NCBI RefSeq assembly: GCF_026571515.1 | Contig: NW_026852039.1 | Location: forward strand, 124,001 to 188,000 | Origin: Ruditapes philippinarum | Lineage: Eukaryota | Length of the DNA stretch: 64,000 bases | Direction: 5' to 3' | Shown: positions 60,701-64,000 of the stretch, one piece after another | How positions within the stretch are numbered: the first letter of the stretch is position 1 | Layout: each line of letters begins with the position of its first letter | Program-made: the position numbers and the translations under genes | Notes under the pieces: generated by a model | Databases searched by the model: none | Told to the model about the DNA's origin: nothing | The model's input: only the letters and a program-made list of their open reading frames with translations

Positions 60701-63700
60701 TATTAGAGATTTCAATATCAAAATGCTAACATTCGTCAGAAACAGAGAATATTCATTATTTTTTATGCTCCCCGAAAAATTTCGGGGGAGCATATAGTTG
60801 GCGCCTTGTCCGTCTGTCTGTCCGTCCGTTGTCTTGTCCGGAGCATAACTTGAAAACCCTTGGAGATAAATTGTGAAAACTTCATACAGTGGTAGAGGGC
60901 ATTGAGGGGGAGTGCAGTGTCAAAATACCATAACTCTATTTTGCCCGAATTTTGAATTATCTCCCCTTATAGAAAAATCTTGTCCGGGGCATAACTCTTA
61001 AACTGTAAGAGATATCAACATGAAACTTTGTAGGTAAATAGATCTCAATGGGTAGATGTGCAGTGCATAAGAAAAATAACTCTTTTTGTCCTAATTTTGG
61101 AGTTATTGCCCTTTGTTAATTTTAACACTTTGAACTTTGTCCGGAGCATAACTCTAAAACTATAAGAGATATCAAGATGAAACATTGTAGGTAGATAGAT
61201 ATCATTGAGTAGAGGTGCAGTGCAAAAGAACCATAACTCTGTTAAGCCTCATTTTTGAATTATCTCCCCTTTTAGAAAAATCTTGTCCAGGACATAGCTG
61301 TAAAACTATAAGAGATATCAACATGAAACTTCGTAGGTTGATATATCTCAATGGGTAGATGTGCAGTGCACAAGAATCATAACTCTGCCTTGCCTAATTC
61401 TGGAGTTATTGCCCTTTGTTTATTTTTACTTTTTGAAGTTGTCCGGGACATAACTCATAAGAGATATCATCAAGAAACTTTGTAGGTTGATAGATCACAT
61501 TGATAGAAGTGCAGTGCAAAGAACAGTAACTCTGACTTGCCTAATTTTGGAATTATTACACTTTGAACTTTTTCCAGGGACATAACTCTGAAAATACAAG
61601 AGGTGTACTTTCCTGTGTCCAAAACCTATTTGGGGAGCATCACCCGGCTCAAACCGGGCTCTTGTTCTAAATTATGAATTAAAAATAATAGAAATTGTAT
61701 AAAAAGAATAAAATATTTGACTATTTTTATTCCTTTGTATCTAAGTTTGTAAAAAGCCAATACCAATATTAAAGATACCAAGATCCGTATTGGAATCAAA
61801 AGGCAAACTATCCATTTTGAATTTACACTTCTTATTAAGTGGAAAAATGCTTACAGGCTATGGGTATCATTTATATTTTGCAGAAGGCCAGTAGTTTTGT
61901 GACATATGTTTGTAGAAATGTTGCCATATTATTAACAAATATTATTGTCTGATATAAAGGATGGAGACAGATTTTGGAGGATGCCAGAATGTTATATCAG
62001 AGGAAGCACTATAAAATACTTAAGAATTCCTGATGAAGTTATAGACATGGTCAAAGAAGAGGTCATCCAAAAATCAAAGGGTCGTGGTGAGATGAAAGGT
62101 CGTGGTGGTGGTCAGAGAGGTCGTGGAGGCAGAGGTTAGAATATTTTTGTATTTTTTTTTCCATTTTGTATGTAAGTTTTAGGGGGGGGGGGAAATGAAG
62201 GATTTATATAGAGTTGATTAAATCCAGTGGACTGTCATTTGCATATCATCTGACTGTAAATGCAAGTATCTAGTATAGACTTCTAGGTGGAGAGAATAGA
62301 TTATAAACTATATGTAAATAGCAAGTAAGATCATTTTGTGATCTTTTAGTTGTATACATATCTCTGTTTTCAGTAAAAAAAGGATATCCCATAATGTGAT
62401 AGGTTCATTTAATATTTTCTTTGCTTTATTTAATTTCTTGCTTGGGTCTATATTGATGCAGAGTGGAACTATTGAAAGATTAAAACTGTGACCTAAAAAC
62501 CTGTCATGGCAACAGGAACTTGGCAAAGGAAAGCTTCAGAAAAGTTTATAAGCAGATGATTTATTGTTATAAGATTAAATTATGTTATTAGCTCACCTGA
62601 GCACAACATGCTCAAAAACCAATGACTGCACAATAACCAAACTTTACAGGAATGATCCTTGGGTGGTCCCCTGCCAAAGTTGTTCAAATGATTCTGGTAT
62701 GTTGCATAAGTAGGTCACAGGGCTAGAAAAGAAGTTTAAAAAATGCAAATTTAAAAAATCCTCTTGTCTGAAAGTACAAGGCCTAGAGCTTTGATATTTA
62801 GTATATGATATCGCCTATAGGTCCTCTACCAAAGTTGTTCAAATTATAGCTCTGGGGTTAAAATTGGGGGGGGGGGGGGGGGGGGGGGTCATAGGTTTTC
62901 CTTATATGTATGTAGTAAAAACTTAAAAATCTTCTTGTCTGAAGGTACAAGGCTTAGAGCTTAGATATATCACGAGTGAAATATGAAAATTTGCATACCA
63001 CAAGATGAATTTTTTGTTTATTATTAACTTTTCTATTTTTTTAACCTTTTGAATAGGAAGAATTCCCTTTTAATTTTGTGTATTGACTGAATTTAGAAGA
63101 AAGTAGTCCGGCAAGACACCAGTAAAAATACGGAAAATATGTTTCACTGCAATGAAAAATAAATTTTGACAGTGAAAATACGGAAAATAAAAATACCCAT
63201 TTTATTTCATCAATATTTCTCAATATTTTATTTATAAGTATATAATAAATAGAGGATATTCAAAAAAGAGAAAAATGTATATAATAAACAGAAAATTCAA
63301 GGTTTTTCTATAAATACATGATTTATTTTCATCAAGTGGTATGAAAATAAATATTTCACGAGTGGCGGTAGCCACGAGTGAAATATGGTAATTTTCATGC
63401 CACAAGATGAAAATAAATCGTGTATTTATAGAAAAAACTTGAATTTTCTGTTTATTATATACATTTTTCTCTTTATTGACATTAAAATTTGAAAGACTTT
63501 CCCTTAAATTTTGTGTACTGGCAGAATTTAAAAGAAAGTAGTCCGGCAAGACACAAGTGAAAATACGGAAAATATGTTTCACTGCAGTGAAAAATAAATT
63601 TTTACAGTGAAAATACGGAAAATGAAAATATGCATTTTATTTCATCAATATTTCTCAATATTTCATTTATAAGTATATAATAAATGAATATATATGTATA

Positions 63701-63804
63701 CAGGAGCATTTGGTCGAGGAGGTGGTCGAGGTGGTGGCGGAGGCCGTGGAGGAGGAGGAGGAGGTGGGGGAGGTAACAGACCTGGTAAAGGAAGAGGAGA
63801 ATAA
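51777..63804 (+). CDS. LSM4: U6 snRNA-associated Sm-like protein LSm4
   Basis: Candidate ATG-only first coding exon AAAAATG|GTAATT (51777-51779). Exon 2 at ~58342-58390 is garbled (TTTCAG|CTTCCA..., expected LPLSLLxTAQNHPM). Exons 59194-59292 ([33 protein letters not shown]), 61960-62134 ([34 protein letters not shown]) and 63704-63804 (RG/RGG tail, stop) are clean. Confidence 0.93.
53013..56999. mobile_element. Non-autonomous Kolobok-type DNA transposon, ~4 kb, with ~560-bp TIRs
   Basis: TTAA|GGTAGCTCGCTACTTTCCGACCGAAAT ... ATTTCGGTCGGAAAGTAGCGAGCTACC|TTAA. The arms align over 53013-~53570 and ~56450-56999. No transposase ORF inside. Confidence 0.85.
55095..55345 (+). mobile_element. Degenerate SINE inside the Kolobok-type element
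   Basis: B-box-like GGATTCGAGAC and a tail TGAAATACTGTTGAAAGCGGCGTTAAAC followed by an A-rich end. Confidence 0.45.
57316..58150 (-). mobile_element. HINE-like element (AGCTCACCTG family), abruptly truncated
   Basis: Terminal hairpin AGCTCACCTGTCACAAAGTGACAGGGTGAGCT and ~165-bp units; closely similar to 28440-29294. Confidence 0.8.
59324..59565. mobile_element. ~245-bp palindromic MITE, copy 3
   Basis: Same family as 37974-38218. Confidence 0.88.
59711..60579 (-). mobile_element. HINE-like element (ATGCTCCCCG family) with a ~146-bp satellite core
   Basis: Hairpin ATGCTCCTCGAAAAATTTTGGGGGAGCAT, (TCCG)n, and units containing CCTTGAAGGTCAAGGTCAC; ends GGGGAGCATCACCCGGTTCAACCGGCTCTTGTT. Confidence 0.8.
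60760..61665 (-). mobile_element. HINE-like element with the same termini as its neighbour but a different core
   Basis: Hairpin ATGCTCCCCGAAAAATTTCGGGGGAGCAT, alternating units containing GTGCAGTGCA...ATAACTCT, and the same ~100-bp end module. Confidence 0.8.
62971..63685. mobile_element. Long-hairpin element arranged as a head-to-tail partial tandem
   Basis: The full copy at 63251-63684 has a palindrome at 63267-63471 with apex CACGAGTG-GCGGTAGC-CACGAGTG. A preceding partial copy at 62971-63250 starts at CACGAGTGAAATATG. Confidence 0.7.
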
Positions 63805-64000
63805 TACATGTTTCTATTTCTGTGAATATTTTGTGCACAAGAACTAAATAATGGAAAGAAATTGTGAAAACATTGTAATGTTACAGTTATTAGTTGCCAT
63901 TGAAATGTGCTAAGATATAAGATGCAGATCAAATTGTGTTCTATATACTATATATACTGTATATAGGCATTCAACATGCTAGAGGACATTTGTTGATCAG

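Noticed and set aside
62865-62888. Poly-G run suggesting a G-quadruplex
   Set aside because: It corresponds to the GGCCCCGCCCCGGGGG box of a HINE monomer and is probably an expanded or mis-called homopolymer.
63663-63932. Proline-rich minus-strand ORF
   Set aside because: It is the antisense shadow of the Gly/Arg-rich last exon of LSM4.

Overview
AT-rich, intron-rich eukaryotic DNA. The repeat families suggest a bivalve mollusc, probably a venerid-type clam (inference). Four host genes were rebuilt by hand from splice sites. DSCC1 (- strand) has 8 exons at 10404->2718; its first exon is unresolved and its 3' end lies beyond the window start. A P4HTM-like EF-hand prolyl 4-hydroxylase (+) has 10 exons and 400 aa. 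OGFOD1 (-) has 13 exons and LSM4 (+) has 5 exons; their start codons are head-to-head, 267 bp apart. One OGFOD1 exon and one LSM4 exon are garbled in homopolymer-rich patches that look like assembly errors. The rest is mostly mobile DNA: an intron-containing pogo/Tigger transposase inside a DSCC1 intron, a five-level transposon nest containing a hAT transposase remnant, a 5'-truncated HERO-type non-LTR retrotransposon, a 4-kb Kolobok-type element with ~560-bp TIRs, many Helentron-associated (HINE/pearl-like) elements with satellite cores, palindromic MITEs and tRNA-derived SINEs. Four elements with different arm sequences share a long-hairpin architecture, three of them with a GCG(G)TAGC apex. 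I found no clear new multi-gene system; the best leads are the hairpin-element architecture, possible DSCC1-transposase exon capture and core swapping among HINEs. Most short ORFs in the supplied track are spurious.
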